The position numbers and the translations under genes are program-made. The notes below the pieces were generated by a model. It saw nothing but the letters and a program-made list of their open reading frames with translations, searched no databases and was not told where the DNA came from. Shown here piece by piece: positions 7,087 through 7,708 of a DNA stretch of 7,708 nucleotides. This DNA comes from Amoeboradix gromovi X-113. Its lineage: Eukaryota; Fungi; Sanchytriomycota. The DNA lies in contig JADGIF010000495.1 of assembly GCA_018985225.1 (NCBI GenBank), positions 1-7,708 on the forward strand. The letters run 5' to 3'. Each line of letters starts with the position of its first letter. Positions within the stretch are counted from its first letter, which is position 1.

Positions 7087-7523
7087 TCAGTTTGCTGTGC
7101 TTGCTTGAATGGCCTTGTCGCTTGGATGCTTCACTACCAGTACGGGGCATGTGCAATGATGACACACGTAGTCACTGGTGCTGCCCAAAAACGTTCTCTT
7201 GATGGCGCCGAGACCACGACTGCTCATAAGCACAGTCTCACACTTCAACTCGTCTGACTTCCTTACTATCTCAGTTCTCGGGTCGCCACGAATGGCTATG
7301 GCACGGACAAAATATCCGTCTGATTTCAGTGCTCCACCATACTTCTGCAGAAGCGAATGTGATGCCTTTCTTGCCTCTTCGTCGAGCTGGTAAGCAGCAG
7401 TGAGAAAGTCTCCATGCGGTGATCCGTAGTTGTACAGAGATGGGAATGTTCTTACATTAACCAAAACCACTAGATCAGTGGCTTTATTCAGAAAGTTCTT
7501 TTTAGCCCAGTCGATTGCATATT
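7087..7523 (-). CDS. Universal stress protein (UspA family), main 3' exon; first exon not found in the window
   Basis: Translation (x)YAIDWAKKNFLNKATDLVVLVNVR...GDPRTEIVRKSDELKCETVLMSSRGLGAIKRTFLGSTSDYVCHHCTCPVLVVK is a classic USP. The frame extends upstream of the track start to a CCTAAT-TCCCAG branch/acceptor (AG at 7525-7524), with an in-frame TAA just upstream. AATAAA at 7082-7077 follows the stop. Confidence 0.92.
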
Positions 7524-7575
7524 CTGGGAATTAGGTTGCAATTGATTGATGAACAAGGCATGTCTAAAGCTGTTA

Positions 7576-7670
7576 CTAGCGCGTGTAAGAGATGGGACAC
7601 CAAATATAAAAACTAGTCTAACTCGTTTTTAAAGGAGGTGCTCCATACGGAGGAAATGCTATCATTAATA
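7576..7670 (-). ncRNA. Putative Fanzor omegaRNA of copy B: scaffold ~7670-7593 plus guide ~7592-7576
   Basis: Inferred as for copy A. The hairpin TAAAAAC-G-AGT-TAG-ACT-A-GTTTTTA nested in stem GGAGCACC/GGTGTCCC is better preserved here. Confidence 0.45.
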
Positions 7671-7708
7671 AAAGATCTTCTTCTATTATACCAATTTTCT
7701 TTCATTGA
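7593..7708 (-). mobile_element. 3' end of a second copy (B) of the same Fanzor-type element, inverted and truncated by the window edge
   Basis: The reverse complement TATTAATGATAGCATTTCCTCCGTATGGAGCACCTCCTTTAAAAACGAGTTAGACTAGTTTTTATATTTGGTGTCCCA aligns with 241-313 (blocks of 28/39, 19/24 and 8/8 matches by hand). It encodes KKIGIIEEDLLLMIAFPPYGAPPLKTS*, versus copy A DLLKTISSPYVVPP*. Confidence 0.75.

Noticed and set aside
7072-7393. Plus-strand ORFs 7072-7257 and 7178-7393
   Set aside because: Antisense to the USP exon.
1-7708. Stop-codon reassignment to explain the interrupted frames
   Set aside because: The intact genes end at TAA or TGA at sensible positions, and the interrupted frames contain all three stop types, which fits decay.
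1-7708. CRISPR array, tRNA or rRNA genes
   Set aside because: No regularly spaced identical repeats or recognisable tRNA/rRNA sequence seen by eye.

Overview
AT-rich, compact eukaryotic (fungal-type) genomic DNA. Host genes are two tandem single-pass membrane proteins (909-2219, 2291-3313), a cytochrome c oxidase subunit IV/Cox5-family gene (4209-4589), a short PPxY-motif ORF (5699-5905, -), an unknown ORF (~6232-6717) and the main exon of a universal stress protein gene (7087-7523, -). The main signal is absent from the ORF track. The window opens inside the decayed C-terminus of a TnpB/Fanzor-type RNA-guided nuclease (VNEDYTSKHCSVC...CTFC...RD, with an in-frame TAA). The ~75 nt that follow recur in inverted orientation at the opposite end of the window (7593-7670, ~70% identical by hand count). 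Both copies stop matching after GTGTCCCA and share a nested stem-loop, as expected for a Fanzor element 3' end/omegaRNA scaffold followed by different guide flanks. A possible third, more diverged tandem copy lies at ~417-571. The right-hand copy seems to sit within the first intron of the USP gene, or to truncate it. All alignments and folds were done by eye.
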